Assembly (NCBI GenBank): GCA_000002435.2
Contig: CM018793.1
Reading direction: 5' to 3' (one strand)
Source: Giardia intestinalis
Lineage: Eukaryota
DNA length: 64,000 bases
Under the pieces are notes generated by a model. That model ran no database searches. It had not been told where the DNA came from and saw nothing but the letters and a program-made list of their open reading frames with translations. Position 1 is the stretch's first letter. The number at the start of each line of letters is the position of its first letter. Positions 8,313 through 19,184 of the stretch are shown piece by piece. A program made the position numbers and the translations under genes.

Positions 8313-11069
8313 ATGAGCAGACCTGGCTTGTATATAGGGCAAGTTATTTACAACTACCGAGTCTTAGAAAAGATTGGTACGGGGAGGTTTGGGACTGTCT
8401 ATCGCGTCCAGAGAGTGGGTACAAACAAGCTTTTTGCACTGAAATACATAGACCTCAAAATGAGCACAGAGAAAGCCAGAAGGCTGCACATGCGCGAACT
8501 ACAGTTACTGCCGTATCTTAAGCATCGCAACGTCATAAACTGCTGTGAGGCACACTTAGACAACAATATGACCGCGTATTTGTTCATGGAGCTTGCAATT
8601 AGCGATTTGAGTAGCCTCTCTAGGACGTGTGCAGCGGCCTATGCACCTGATTATGAACAGCATATCTGCAGAATCATTGCTGACGTAGCTTCTGGGCTGC
8701 ACTACCTCCACACCTATCATACCATGGAAGCTGTCTGTGGACAACCAATCGCTGGGCCCACACCAACAAAGATAGTTCACCGCGACATCAAGCCCGAGAA
8801 CCTCCTTCAGATGGCCGACGGCACAGTGAAGATAGCCGATTTTGGAATCATTGGGCAGTTGAATGTAGAGGAGATGCTCTCCACAGGAGTCGGCACAATC
8901 CGGAACTGTGCGCCAGAGATCTTCAAGCTTCTCAAGTACACAGAGAAGATAGATATATGGGCTCTGGGATGCGCCATTTATCGGTTTTGTCATGGGACTG
9001 ATATCTTTAGTCAGCCCCAAAAGGCCACTACGCTGTCAAGGGTGCGGGAAAGCATGCTTCAGCAACATTCTGCCCTGGCCGACGGAAGAATAGCCTTTGA
9101 GTTTCGCGGTTTTTCTCAAGAGCTATGCAATTTAGTGAAGAGCATGTTTGCCATAGATCCCAGCCAGCGTCCCAGTGCCTATGAGATTCTTTGTCATCCT
9201 CTTATTAACAGGTGGGTGTACAGAGAACGCTATCTGGACTATAACATCCACAATGACATCCCAGCAATCGCCGGTTATCACGACTTTCATTTAATTGAAT
9301 GTACACATAACAGCAATATCTATAAAGCAGTATCTAGTCACACAAGGCAGCCTGTGGTGGTAAAGCGGATTCAATTAGAAGACTCTGGGCATGCTCGCTA
9401 TTTGCAAGATGTTGAACTGCAAATTAGTAGAGAGATCGCCAAAGGGACGTGGAACAATCTTCTTGGTACCATATTGGATGTAATAGATCCGATAGAAGTG
9501 CATCCTGGGTGCCAAGAGGCATACATAGTTATGGAATACTATGAGCGGGGAGACTTGAACGAATACTGCAGAGTAGCAAATATAACAAACGAGCAACTGG
9601 CAGAAGATTATATTTTAGTGATTATGGCTTCCATTCTGGAAGCCTTGGCATTTCTTCATACACCGAACGCTGCACTTAATAAGCCTGCTATTATTCATAA
9701 AGACGTTAAGCCAGGTAACATCCTCTTGACCTCATTTGGTAGCGTGGTACTCATTGACTTTGGATCCGCCACCGAATTGGAAGGCGACTTTCATGAGAGA
9801 GACGACTTCATTACAGGCTCATTGATGTACATGGCACCAGAGTTGTTGCGAGGAGAAAGATATAACGAAAAGGTTGATATCTGGTCTCTCGGAATGACTG
9901 CCTTGTTCCTTTGCGAAAGCCACTATCTAGTTGTTGGATCTACGGCCGGCGCAATACTAAGTAGCATAGAGAGTATATTTCGTAGTGACTATAGGATACC
10001 AAGTAGATATAGTGATGGGCTTAACTCCTTGATCATGATGATGCTCCAATGTGATGTGCAGGAACGACCCTCGGCGCAGGCTCTGTTGAAGCACCCTCTG
10101 ATTGCCGCTAACAGACCAAACTCTTCAGTGGACAGACACGGGAAGTGTCCAGTGATTCGTGCCATCGAAGCTCGTAAGGAAATAACACACTCCTTAGCGA
10201 CACGCTATCCAGACACAGTGGATTCCTCAGGGATGTTTGCCTTAGCGCATGCTGCAAAGTACTGGGACTCAGCCGCCATTCGCATCCTATTGGATATCCA
10301 GAAGAAGATGGTGACACTTCACAAGCAATTCACACCCCTAATGGTATTTCTCTTATCATTACAACTATCTCGTGAGAAAGATGTGGTGAGCAATCTCGAA
10401 AAGATTGAGGAGTGCTTTGAACTTTTAGTACCCTCATTTGCTCGACTTCAAGATGCAACGGGGTATACAGCCCTCATGTGGACTATCCGTCTATATACGC
10501 AGATTAAAGAATCCGGCACACCAGAATCAACTACCTGCGAGGTGCTTCTGAAGTTTATTCCGCGGCTTATCCAAATGGAGCAAGGGGTGGTTCGATCGAC
10601 TGGAGGCACGGCTCTCATGTTAGCCGCGGAGCTGGGATGTCTCGAGGCCGTTGAAGAGTTTGTCCGTATGAACGCAGAGCTCGGCATGCAGAAGCCCAAT
10701 GGAGTCACGGCGCTAATGATTGCAATCAGAAAAGGGCATAACAGCATCGTCAATCTTTTGGTTGAGCGGGAGCACTCACACACAGTAACTGATCCTCCAG
10801 GGTTCACCGCCCTCATGCTCGCTGTGTTGGCCCAGAACACTAAGGCGGTGGAGCGCCTACTGGCATTCGAGGCACAGAGGGCAACAAACGACGGGGTGAC
10901 CGCATTGATGATCGCCGCGGAGATAGGCAAGTCGGAAATACTCGATCTTTTAGCTCCAGCAGAATACGGCCTACTAGACAAAAACCACAATACAGCCGTG
11001 GACTATGCGTGTAGTAATGAAGTGGGGATTTATCTACAGAGATATGCCAAGGGTGATAGTAACCTATAG
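8313..11069 (+). CDS. NEK-family kinase with two tandem kinase domains and C-terminal ankyrin repeats.
   Basis: Domain 1: IGTGRFGTVY, ALKYI, HRDIKPENLL, DFG, CAPE. Domain 2 (residues ~330-600): VVVKRI, HKDVKPGNILL, IDFGSAT, YMAPE, with no Gly-loop glycines. Then TALM/xALMxAA ankyrin repeats (GTALMLAAELGCLEAV..., GVTALMIAIRKGH...). ATG confirmed at 8313. Confidence 0.8.
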   Translation: MSRPGLYIGQVIYNYRVLEKIGTGRFGTVYRVQRVGTNKLFALKYIDLKMSTEKARRLHMRELQLLPYLKHRNVINCCEAHLDNNMTAYLFMELAISDLSSLSRTCAAAYAPDYEQHICRIIADVASGLHYLHTYHTMEAVCGQPIAGPTPTKIVHRDIKPENLLQMADGTVKIADFGIIGQLNVEEMLSTGVGTIRNCAPEIFKLLKYTEKIDIWALGCAIYRFCHGTDIFSQPQKATTLSRVRESMLQQHSALADGRIAFEFRGFSQELCNLVKSMFAIDPSQRPSAYEILCHPLINRWVYRERYLDYNIHNDIPAIAGYHDFHLIECTHNSNIYKAVSSHTRQPVVVKRIQLEDSGHARYLQDVELQISREIAKGTWNNLLGTILDVIDPIEVHPGCQEAYIVMEYYERGDLNEYCRVANITNEQLAEDYILVIMASILEALAFLHTPNAALNKPAIIHKDVKPGNILLTSFGSVVLIDFGSATELEGDFHERDDFITGSLMYMAPELLRGERYNEKVDIWSLGMTALFLCESHYLVVGSTAGAILSSIESIFRSDYRIPSRYSDGLNSLIMMMLQCDVQERPSAQALLKHPLIAANRPNSSVDRHGKCPVIRAIEARKEITHSLATRYPDTVDSSGMFALAHAAKYWDSAAIRILLDIQKKMVTLHKQFTPLMVFLLSLQLSREKDVVSNLEKIEECFELLVPSFARLQDATGYTALMWTIRLYTQIKESGTPESTTCEVLLKFIPRLIQMEQGVVRSTGGTALMLAAELGCLEAVEEFVRMNAELGMQKPNGVTALMIAIRKGHNSIVNLLVEREHSHTVTDPPGFTALMLAVLAQNTKAVERLLAFEAQRATNDGVTALMIAAEIGKSEILDLLAPAEYGLLDKNHNTAVDYACSNEVGIYLQRYAKGDSNL

Positions 11070-11111
11070 CGTAGCAATGCACGTGCTACTAGGCTATCAC
11101 AACTACTAAAA

Positions 11112-13205
11112 CTAGATAGGGGTGGAGTAGAAGTTCCTTATAACTGAGATAACATGCTCAAGCTCTCTTAGCGTGCTATCATAGAGAGCAAGATCAGTTT
11201 GCAACACCGTGAGCTGAGAGTCATTAGTTTCGATTAGAGTGTCAACAGATACGTCTATGGCCGAGTTAAACGACTCGCCTTGCAAGAGATAAGGGGCCAT
11301 GCTTTTGTAAAGCGCGGAAAGCTTATTAGATATCAACGAGGAAAATACATTGGGTGCCATCACTTCCCGTTGCTTCAGCAGAGTATGCGTATCTACAACC
11401 CACCCATCCAGCTGGGCCACCTTGATGCCCTGCACAATCCCTGTACCTCTATCGAGCTTGAGATGTGGGTTAGCGGTACCGCCGAGCTTTGTGACTCCAG
11501 AAGGTGTCAGGTATGCGTCTGTCATGTGGTCATTGATGATCCTTTTTGAGAATATCGATTTGAGGCTCTCTTGATAGCCGTCAATACGTGCCAAAAACGA
11601 GTCCAAAGCATCAAAAACTTGATTCTGGACCTCCCAATTCCTTGAGAGACAGGTTTTAGTGAACATGGATGTGAAAAAGTGTCTTTTGGAGTGATTTAGA
11701 AGCTTAAATAATTCATACACGGATTGGATGCAGTCAACAGAATCCCTCAATTGATGTGAGTACAGTCCTGGTAAGATATCATCACTGTGGGCCACATGAG
11801 AAATCACTTTTCGGTGTCGGTGCTCCTCTGTCACCATTCTCTCTGAGACAGAGTCCTGACTCAAGGGGATTGTTGCACCTGTTCTTATTATTTCCTTAAG
11901 GCGCATCAGCACTGCACTACTAGAAGACCCCTGCTCAAGCTCTCTGATTGCCAAAGAGTGCGCATACATGTCTCTGAAAGATGTAATCGCAGACAAGGAT
12001 GAATAGGTGTCTAGGGAAGCATGAATATCACTGAAAACTTTCCATATCCCATCCAGCTTTTCAGTGAGTAATTGCCTGTGCTCTTCTCTACCAGAACTCG
12101 TTACAGTAGCCTCTATTTTCTTGTTGGTTCGCTGAATAGTATCAGTAAGGTATTCTATCTGTTGCAATTGGTTTTCTGTTTTCTGTCTAAGTGTGTTTGT
12201 TTTGTTCATAGCTGATACTAGCTCGTCAACAAGGCGCTTTGTTCGACGACCGCAATTCTCAAGCTCTCTGCTGTGGTCCTGCAAAAACGAACTGCACCGT
12301 TGTAACCCGAAAACCTCTGCCTTCAGGAGAACTGCGCCTAGCTGTGGTGTCTTTGTCATCAAATGCTTAATAACCTGAGATGTGATGTTTTCTGGGGCCA
12401 GTTCAAAAGACTCATTACAATAGGTTAGCAAAAGGTCGTTTTCACGCATGCGCAGCAGATCTAGCTCAGCTAGTATTGCTTCTCCCTCCTTAATGTTACG
12501 GAGCGTTGCCTTGTACACGAATCCTAAGCGCGGATGAGTATCTGGGTAGGTCTCATTAGACTCTTCAAAGACCTCTTCATCGTCTCGAAGAAATACCTTA
12601 AGTTGGTGAATCGCTGACTCTATCTCACTCTTGAGTTGACGGAGGAGGGTGGCAAGCCGATGCTTGGTGCTCATGGTGAACTGTCGTGTAGCCTGCTCCT
12701 GTGCAGACAAAAGGTCACGCTCAGAAGTTGCTGTCTCAGATAAATTGGTAGAATCAACCAGAGCCGACCCACATGCGCCTCGAAAAGCGTTCAAGGATTG
12801 CACAATTCCATCTAAAGCCTCATTGACCCTTGTTAGATGGACAATTTTAGTTAGTTGGTTTCGTGTGCTTTCTTCGCTCTTTGCATATGTATCTGTGTCC
12901 ACAAGTACAGACTGCACTAGCTCAAGGAGTTTGGATGGCTGCTCTCCGACTGACATTTGAGTAGACGCGTTCGTGGCAGCAATCTTTTGCTTTTGGAGCT
13001 CCATGATGCGGAAAATCTTTCGAATGCGTGTATACTCGCCCGGGCTAACAGTGTGACGCATCAGCTCTTCCTGAAAGCTCTCATTTGATGCTGAAAGGCA
13101 ATCAAAGTTCTTGGGATGCGGCCGTAGCCTTTCGTCATGCGGAGCATAGCCGAGATCCTTCGTCAGCCAAGTATGAAACTTGATGGATGCCGGTGTGGCA
13201 CACAT
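11112..13205 (-). CDS. Hypothetical coiled-coil protein.
   Basis: 697-aa ORF with ATG at 13205 and stop TAG at 11112-11114. Heptad-like regions run through the middle. No identifiable enzymatic motif. Confidence 0.6.
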   Translation of the reverse strand: MCATPASIKFHTWLTKDLGYAPHDERLRPHPKNFDCLSASNESFQEELMRHTVSPGEYTRIRKIFRIMELQKQKIAATNASTQMSVGEQPSKLLELVQSVLVDTDTYAKSEESTRNQLTKIVHLTRVNEALDGIVQSLNAFRGACGSALVDSTNLSETATSERDLLSAQEQATRQFTMSTKHRLATLLRQLKSEIESAIHQLKVFLRDDEEVFEESNETYPDTHPRLGFVYKATLRNIKEGEAILAELDLLRMRENDLLLTYCNESFELAPENITSQVIKHLMTKTPQLGAVLLKAEVFGLQRCSSFLQDHSRELENCGRRTKRLVDELVSAMNKTNTLRQKTENQLQQIEYLTDTIQRTNKKIEATVTSSGREEHRQLLTEKLDGIWKVFSDIHASLDTYSSLSAITSFRDMYAHSLAIRELEQGSSSSAVLMRLKEIIRTGATIPLSQDSVSERMVTEEHRHRKVISHVAHSDDILPGLYSHQLRDSVDCIQSVYELFKLLNHSKRHFFTSMFTKTCLSRNWEVQNQVFDALDSFLARIDGYQESLKSIFSKRIINDHMTDAYLTPSGVTKLGGTANPHLKLDRGTGIVQGIKVAQLDGWVVDTHTLLKQREVMAPNVFSSLISNKLSALYKSMAPYLLQGESFNSAIDVSVDTLIETNDSQLTVLQTDLALYDSTLRELEHVISVIRNFYSTPI

Positions 13206-13234
13206 TTGGTGTGGAATTAAAAAGTATTCCTTTA

Positions 13235-14713
13235 ATGAATGTTGAGCCTAGCAGGGCCTCAACTGCTTCATATGTGCGTCTAGTAAAACTATATACCCGT
13301 AGCCTTGAAAGGTGTGCCAAAATAGGAAGTATGTTTCCATCTGCTACGATAGTTTCTATGTGCCTGAAATGTGCTAAAATACTCGAAACTCTCAAATTAT
13401 CACATTCCGGACATACACCGGCTTCTTTTTGTGAGGCCCACACGGTGGACGATGCCTGCGGTGTCCAAGATTCATATGCAGTTGCCAGGCCTTTATATGA
13501 TTTTCTATTCAAGTTGTTAGAGATTGCATCTCAGGTGAGCGATAGTGAACATGCAAGAATGCAATTGAAGGGTATATTAGATAACAGGGAAAACAGATCA
13601 GCATCAGAAATTAGAGACAATCTGCAGCGTATATTATCCTTACCTCAACAGCCATGTGCGCCTCCTACAGAGGCGATATGCATTGCATTATTGGCTACTA
13701 AAGATATCAATCAAATGGCTTTTCAAATTGAACAGAATTTCGATCAACAAATGGCAGACCTCTATACACTGATGCGCGCCGGCAAGGCCACCTCTACTGA
13801 GGTTGAGGACTTTCTTAATGGAGAACGCAACCACTCTAATTTCCGGTTTTATATACTTTTATGCACGTACATAAGCACGGCGGGATTGACTGTCAAAATC
13901 AATCAACGAACCGGGACTTTGGTGCAGTGGAAGACCGCCCTGATTGATGCAGCAATCAATAATGACCCCGAACAGGTATACGCGCACCACGACAAGCTAT
14001 TTCAACAGAGCCAAGAGTGGATAGATCTGGCTGCCAATGGGGGGTCACACAAAGATCATGTCAAGCTGTCGTCTTTCAATTTAACTGCCTTGATGGCCGC
14101 TGCGTGGTATGGTCACATCGAGTGTGTAAAGCTTCTCTTGGCGGAAATGGGCCTGCAGGACAAGCTGGGGTATACCGCGCTAATGATGGCTGCACAGAAT
14201 GGAAGCGTAGACGCAGCCCTACTCCTTCTGGCAGAGGCAGGGTTTTCTGATGAGTCTGGGTTTACGGCACTGATGGCTGCTGCCTCCAACGGGCACACAG
14301 AGATTGTAGCTATGCTGGCAAGCAGGGAGTCTCGCATGCAAAACAAGGATGGGTCGACCGCCCTAATGCTAGCAACATCCAGGAACAATATCGACGCAGC
14401 ACGGATTCTTGCAGAATATGAGGCAGGGATGTGTGATAACGACGGCATGACTGCTCTGATGATAGCATCTGCTAATGGCTGTCTCCAAATTGTCGGGCTC
14501 TTATACCCAAAAGAAATAGGGCATCGTGACAAGTCTGGCTGGACAGCAATGATATGGGCTGCCCAGCGATGTGCATATTGGTGTATGAAGCTCCTTCTCC
14601 CTTATGAAGGAGAGATCAAGGATAACACGGGAAAGAGCCCAATGGATCATGTAATATGTTCCTCTCATGGAAAGCCTTTAGACAAACAACGGTGTCTTTT
14701 TCTTCTCGTCTAA
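13235..14713 (+). CDS. Ankyrin-repeat protein ('Protein 21.1'-like).
   Basis: Six or more ankyrin repeats (LTALMAAAWYGHIECVKLLL, YTALMMAAQNGSVDAALLLL, FTALMAAASNGHTEIVAMLA, STALMLATSRNNIDAARIL, MTALMIASANGCLQIV...). ATGs lie at 13187 (19-bp 5' overlap with the divergent gene) and 13235 (AT-rich ggaattaaaaagtattcctttaATG). I prefer 13235. Confidence 0.7.
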   Translation: MNVEPSRASTASYVRLVKLYTRSLERCAKIGSMFPSATIVSMCLKCAKILETLKLSHSGHTPASFCEAHTVDDACGVQDSYAVARPLYDFLFKLLEIASQVSDSEHARMQLKGILDNRENRSASEIRDNLQRILSLPQQPCAPPTEAICIALLATKDINQMAFQIEQNFDQQMADLYTLMRAGKATSTEVEDFLNGERNHSNFRFYILLCTYISTAGLTVKINQRTGTLVQWKTALIDAAINNDPEQVYAHHDKLFQQSQEWIDLAANGGSHKDHVKLSSFNLTALMAAAWYGHIECVKLLLAEMGLQDKLGYTALMMAAQNGSVDAALLLLAEAGFSDESGFTALMAAASNGHTEIVAMLASRESRMQNKDGSTALMLATSRNNIDAARILAEYEAGMCDNDGMTALMIASANGCLQIVGLLYPKEIGHRDKSGWTAMIWAAQRCAYWCMKLLLPYEGEIKDNTGKSPMDHVICSSHGKPLDKQRCLFLLV

Positions 14714-14762
14714 GTGGATGATTTGCTGATAGCAACTTGCTTTTAGTTTCAAAAATTGATTC

Positions 14763-16097
14763 ATGGACAGAGAGAACATTCAGGCCCTTCGACAGTACAG
14801 GAAGTTCGCTGACTTGACAGACAGAGACCTGCAAATATTGAACTGGGACACGCGCAGCCAGTTGCTAGCAACGCTGATGGACGGCATCGCCCCCAGCTGC
14901 AAGCTTTGCAGGTTGTACTACTCTTGCTCACAGACTATATTGCCACGCAGACACCAAGCAGAACGGGGGGTATTCACCTATGAGGACTATATGGAGACGA
15001 TGAGCAGGGGCATTCTGGTCGAGCTACGTAAATTGAACTACAGCTTAGAGCACATCTCGCCGGAAATGGTGCGCAGCGGCTCTACAGAAGCATTCAACGA
15101 GATCGTGCAGATACTTCTTCGGCACTATAACCCAAATATGGAACCTCCCCCGGAGGCGACTTCTAAACGACCAAAACGGCCCCAGGCTGAGACTGTACAC
15201 CCTCATGACCATATTTTCTCCGGGGCAGCATACGAGGCTAATGGAGAAGCAGAATCGTGCAACAACCCAGGGCTGGATGCTCCTGATGCTGTGGAGGAAG
15301 AGCTTCAGGAGCCGAAACAAAGGCCTTCAGAGCGTAGGCTAGGAAGACAGAAATCTACACAATCACGACAAGGCACGGCTTCGTCTTTTGGCCGCCCTGT
15401 TTCCTCAGCTTCTGGTGGGAAAAAGCTCACGGCATTAACCCAACAATTTGAGGCCGTAACTCGGGCGATTATGCTAGATCTTCCCACGGAGTTCAAGAAT
15501 TGCCTCCAACATTTGCCGCTACCGTATGACCTCAGTCAAGAAGAGATAGAAGGTAGGCGTCTCATGTACGTGAGTGCGCGGCGCCTCTGCATGCTGAAGG
15601 CTCAGATAGCATGTCTGGAGGTGTCTCTTCAAAGCTACAAGAAGGGCCTTACCGAGCACAGAGAGCGAATGGATAATGTACTGTCCGCAACGGATAATCT
15701 GGAAGCGGCGTGTCGTAAAGCCCTTCGAGAAGCAGGCACCAATGGGTCACTAACCAATGACCTAACGGTTGTCTTGAACAGCTGTCGACACCTGCGGGAT
15801 ACAGCAGAACCGGAGACATTAGATGTAGACTTTTCACTGATCAAAAGACAGCAGTCGCTCCCTGCAGTCCAGGAGCTTGAAGAGCAGGTGGTGCGCCTCT
15901 CTGCTGATGTTAGAGCAATGATAGAGCCTGTGCGCACTCTCTTTACCAAGGACTTTGGGCTGGAGCTGAGCCCCCAGAAAGCGAATTTGTATGAGCAATT
16001 CCACTCGGCTCTAACACTTTTAGAATATACTACTGTTCGCTTGATTGGGGAGCGCAGCAACGTTGCGACCATAGACGACACCCTTGCCAAAAAATAA
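14763..16097 (+). CDS. Hypothetical protein.
   Basis: ATG at 14763 preceded by ttttagtttcaaaaattgattc. 444 aa with no recognisable domain. Stop TAA at 16095-16097. Confidence 0.55.
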   Translation: MDRENIQALRQYRKFADLTDRDLQILNWDTRSQLLATLMDGIAPSCKLCRLYYSCSQTILPRRHQAERGVFTYEDYMETMSRGILVELRKLNYSLEHISPEMVRSGSTEAFNEIVQILLRHYNPNMEPPPEATSKRPKRPQAETVHPHDHIFSGAAYEANGEAESCNNPGLDAPDAVEEELQEPKQRPSERRLGRQKSTQSRQGTASSFGRPVSSASGGKKLTALTQQFEAVTRAIMLDLPTEFKNCLQHLPLPYDLSQEEIEGRRLMYVSARRLCMLKAQIACLEVSLQSYKKGLTEHRERMDNVLSATDNLEAACRKALREAGTNGSLTNDLTVVLNSCRHLRDTAEPETLDVDFSLIKRQQSLPAVQELEEQVVRLSADVRAMIEPVRTLFTKDFGLELSPQKANLYEQFHSALTLLEYTTVRLIGERSNVATIDDTLAKK

Positions 16098-16125
16098 GGA
16101 CGCCTCTGAATTAAAAAACTGCGGC

Positions 16126-17337
16126 ATGAATGTTCGGACTGTGGAGGACTGGTTCGCCGCTGTGGCCTCGGGAGATCAGCCTCTTGTGGCGGGCTATAGT
16201 CCACGATTTAAAAAGTCAGTTAATGAGAACGGTATGACGGCCCTTATGGTTGCAGCACAGACAGGAAACACAGAGCTTGCAGCCATTCTTCTTAAGGACG
16301 AGCAACAGATAAAGGACAGTCAAGGTCGCACGGCATTGATATATGCCATCCAAAGTGGTCAGTCGCAGCTCTGCCGACTCCTAGCCACCCGTGAACTGGA
16401 TACGAGCAACTTAAAGAGCCAGTCTCCATTTTCGGTGGCAATTCAGAACGATGCTCACGATTGCCTTGAAGCCATGCTGCAGGCTGTTGGACCCGTTAAG
16501 GTAGTGGATAACCCCTTGCTGACTGCGACGTCCGTGGGGTGTCTTCGCTGCCTCAGGATCTTGCTAGAGTATGGCCAGTGTTTCGAGATGAGCGAGTTTG
16601 ACGAGGCACTCGCTCGAGCAGAGGAGCTGGGTCTTGCGGAGCTTTGTACCGAGCTGGTGAGTTGGAAGCACGAAATCACAGACATAATAGCGATCGCAAA
16701 CAAAGCCCCTCAGATTTCGAAGGAGAAATTTCACAATACTATCGATACGTCTACCAGAGCACTAGTGGAGAGCCATTTTGTCGATATCTCCGAGGTAAAG
16801 CATGATCTCAATGAGCGGATAGCTCATCTGCTCGCAGAGAACAAGGAGCTGCGGGCTATGTTGAAGAACTTAGAAGCTAACAACAAAGTACTGCGCGCTG
16901 AGTTGGCCGACGTGCGGACTCAGCAGGAGGACCAGATAGATGGCTACAACCTTGGTGTAGAGGACCCTTGCCTACAACCGCACGGCAACGGCACGACACT
17001 TCTCAGCACTGATTTTCCCAACACCAGTTTACAGCCCCCTGTGGATCTTCTCGATGAGGTTCTACCATTCGACGTCACTGAGACGGTCACCCCTTCCATG
17101 ATCCAAGCCGCACGAAATTTCACGCTGAAAACCAATCCGTATCTACTTTCTCGAAGGCTATTTGGGGAGCAGAGCGCGTGTGACCAATCTTACTCGACGG
17201 CTTTTTTGGCCGAGCAGCACAGCATCCCAGAAGACGGTGACAGAAAGAATACAGGGACGGGGCAAGCACACTATAAAGGATCAGCCTATCATCGTAACGC
17301 AGGAAATAAACGCAGGAAGGCACACCACACTAAGTAG
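16126..17337 (+). CDS. Ankyrin-repeat and coiled-coil protein.
   Basis: Track start 16084 is TTG and overlaps the previous gene. The first ATG is at 16126 after aattaaaaaactgcggc. N-terminal ankyrin repeats (GMTALMVAAQTGNTELAAILL, GRTALIYAIQSGQSQLCRLL). C-terminal coiled coil (LLAENKELRAMLKNLEANNKVLRAELADVRTQQE). Confidence 0.65.
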   Translation: MNVRTVEDWFAAVASGDQPLVAGYSPRFKKSVNENGMTALMVAAQTGNTELAAILLKDEQQIKDSQGRTALIYAIQSGQSQLCRLLATRELDTSNLKSQSPFSVAIQNDAHDCLEAMLQAVGPVKVVDNPLLTATSVGCLRCLRILLEYGQCFEMSEFDEALARAEELGLAELCTELVSWKHEITDIIAIANKAPQISKEKFHNTIDTSTRALVESHFVDISEVKHDLNERIAHLLAENKELRAMLKNLEANNKVLRAELADVRTQQEDQIDGYNLGVEDPCLQPHGNGTTLLSTDFPNTSLQPPVDLLDEVLPFDVTETVTPSMIQAARNFTLKTNPYLLSRRLFGEQSACDQSYSTAFLAEQHSIPEDGDRKNTGTGQAHYKGSAYHRNAGNKRRKAHHTK

Positions 17338-17360
17338 CTCTTTGTTGTTTGGGTTAGATT

Positions 17361-19184
17361 TCAGTTAGATTGATTAGGATGATACTCACTGCCATTTGGA
17401 CATTTTTCTTCTACTTCTGGTGCCAAGTTCAGTATGTTTATAATGAAAGACGATAGGTTATAGATTGTGGCGAGGGCCATGCAGGTACCGAACACGGCAT
17501 ATCGCCACTTGGGCAGCGCAATGTCTGGAAGCCGTCTCCTTCCAGGGCCCTTGCGAATACGTTTCCTGAGACTGGTCTGTTTGCCCTTAGAAGACGACTT
17601 CTCAGGCGCGGCGTCGACTGTAGAACTATTCGCCATGTACGATGACTCATTGCAGGTCACGGTCATCTCGGTGAGCTCTGTCCCTGTAGCATTAAGGTTC
17701 TTGACGTCCCTGTCGTCGAAGTCTTCTGTAGGCTTTCCCATGGCGCGAATCCGCGGCATGTACATGATGACCATGAGGGGTGCGATCCACGTCACGAAAA
17801 TGCCGAAGATCGATGCTGCATAGTTAAATATCTCTCCGATGTTGGGGTATAACATGGCTACGCCCATGCACAGCAATGTTACACCAAAGCCAACGGAGTA
17901 AAATACAATTGTGTCTGTTCTCCCGTTCATCTTGTTGTATGGAATCCACCGCATTATGGAGGCCCGGACAGGGAGAAGGATGATGGGATACGAGACGATG
18001 ACAACGCATGACATCGCCACTCGGATGGCAGAAATGATTTTTTCTTCGTTCCCAGGCTTAAATGTGTTTAGAATGTTGTCCTTTGGCCTGGTAAACATAG
18101 TGCTGCCAACAATTCCCATAACCAGGTTTATGATTGTGGTTATAGGTACGGATATCATGATTGCAAGCTCCATAATCCTTTTGCGCGCTGTCATCGATTG
18201 GCCGCGCATCTCTGCAAACATTGGAGGGATAGAGGAGTGGACCAAATACAGTGTAATAGGGAACGCAGCATATATCATAAAGTGTAGAGAACTCGGCGGG
18301 TAGGGTTTTACGTGTATCAAACACTTTTCAGTTCCTATAACAGGGGTCCTACTCTTCACATGACTACAAAGTAGCACAACTAGGGTCACCGTGGTGAAGA
18401 GGACCATGATGGTGGCGACAATGCTAACATAGTTCAGAAAGTTCAGGCCACGGAAGCATATTAACGGCACTATTATAATGGTAACAATTACAACCGCTAT
18501 GTAGTGTTGGTGACATTGCGGAGCATACTTCCTTGCATAACACGTGTCGTAGTCGTACCCTATTTGGCCTCCAAACGACGTTATGAACCCGAGTGAGTAC
18601 TGAGAGGCGATGACGATGTATCCAATCAGATAAGACGATAGAATAAGGGTGTTAGCGACGTCGATGATGGTCGCAAAGACTGGCCCGAAAATAAAAATAA
18701 ATAGTTCCCTAAATGTTCTACTTTTTGTGTAGTATACAGCCTCGTTGATGGCTATAAAGCTAAAGTAAATTATAACAGCAGATCCTATGAGAATGATTGT
18801 CGCGCCGATCAGGCCCATACTGTAAAATGTGTCTCCCAGCGCTAGCATGCCGGCGCCGATGACGCCGTTCACTATGGTCATAGCAGTGTTGAGCCCCATT
18901 GCACACATCTTCCCGCTGGAGAGATCCCCGGCCGGGGCCTTGAGTCCTGCTGCATCGCCGCTGAGCTTACTTCTTTTGGCAGCCTTCGGTTGAATGTCCC
19001 ACTGTTGTGCTCCAGCCTCCTCATCTGCAACGTTGACAACAGACAGCGGGGTGTGCTGTGCTGTGCTGGGAGACGAGCCCCGATAGGGTGTGGAAATCGA
19101 AGCAAACGCTTCTCCCGGCGGCACTGCAGGGTGTGCGCACTCAATCCCCATCTCATTGCCCGTTTCCGGAAACCTTTGCTCCAT
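17361..19184 (-). CDS. Amino acid transporter family membrane protein (AAAP/SLC38-like).
   Basis: 607 aa with ~10-11 hydrophobic helices (GLNTAMTIVNGVIGAGMLALG, IILIGSAVIIYFSFIAI, etc.), typical of amino acid/auxin permease topology. ATG at 19184 is preceded by an AT-rich tract. Confidence 0.7.
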   Translation of the reverse strand: MEQRFPETGNEMGIECAHPAVPPGEAFASISTPYRGSSPSTAQHTPLSVVNVADEEAGAQQWDIQPKAAKRSKLSGDAAGLKAPAGDLSSGKMCAMGLNTAMTIVNGVIGAGMLALGDTFYSMGLIGATIILIGSAVIIYFSFIAINEAVYYTKSRTFRELFIFIFGPVFATIIDVANTLILSSYLIGYIVIASQYSLGFITSFGGQIGYDYDTCYARKYAPQCHQHYIAVVIVTIIIVPLICFRGLNFLNYVSIVATIMVLFTTVTLVVLLCSHVKSRTPVIGTEKCLIHVKPYPPSSLHFMIYAAFPITLYLVHSSIPPMFAEMRGQSMTARKRIMELAIMISVPITTIINLVMGIVGSTMFTRPKDNILNTFKPGNEEKIISAIRVAMSCVVIVSYPIILLPVRASIMRWIPYNKMNGRTDTIVFYSVGFGVTLLCMGVAMLYPNIGEIFNYAASIFGIFVTWIAPLMVIMYMPRIRAMGKPTEDFDDRDVKNLNATGTELTEMTVTCNESSYMANSSTVDAAPEKSSSKGKQTSLRKRIRKGPGRRRLPDIALPKWRYAVFGTCMALATIYNLSSFIINILNLAPEVEEKCPNGSEYHPNQSN

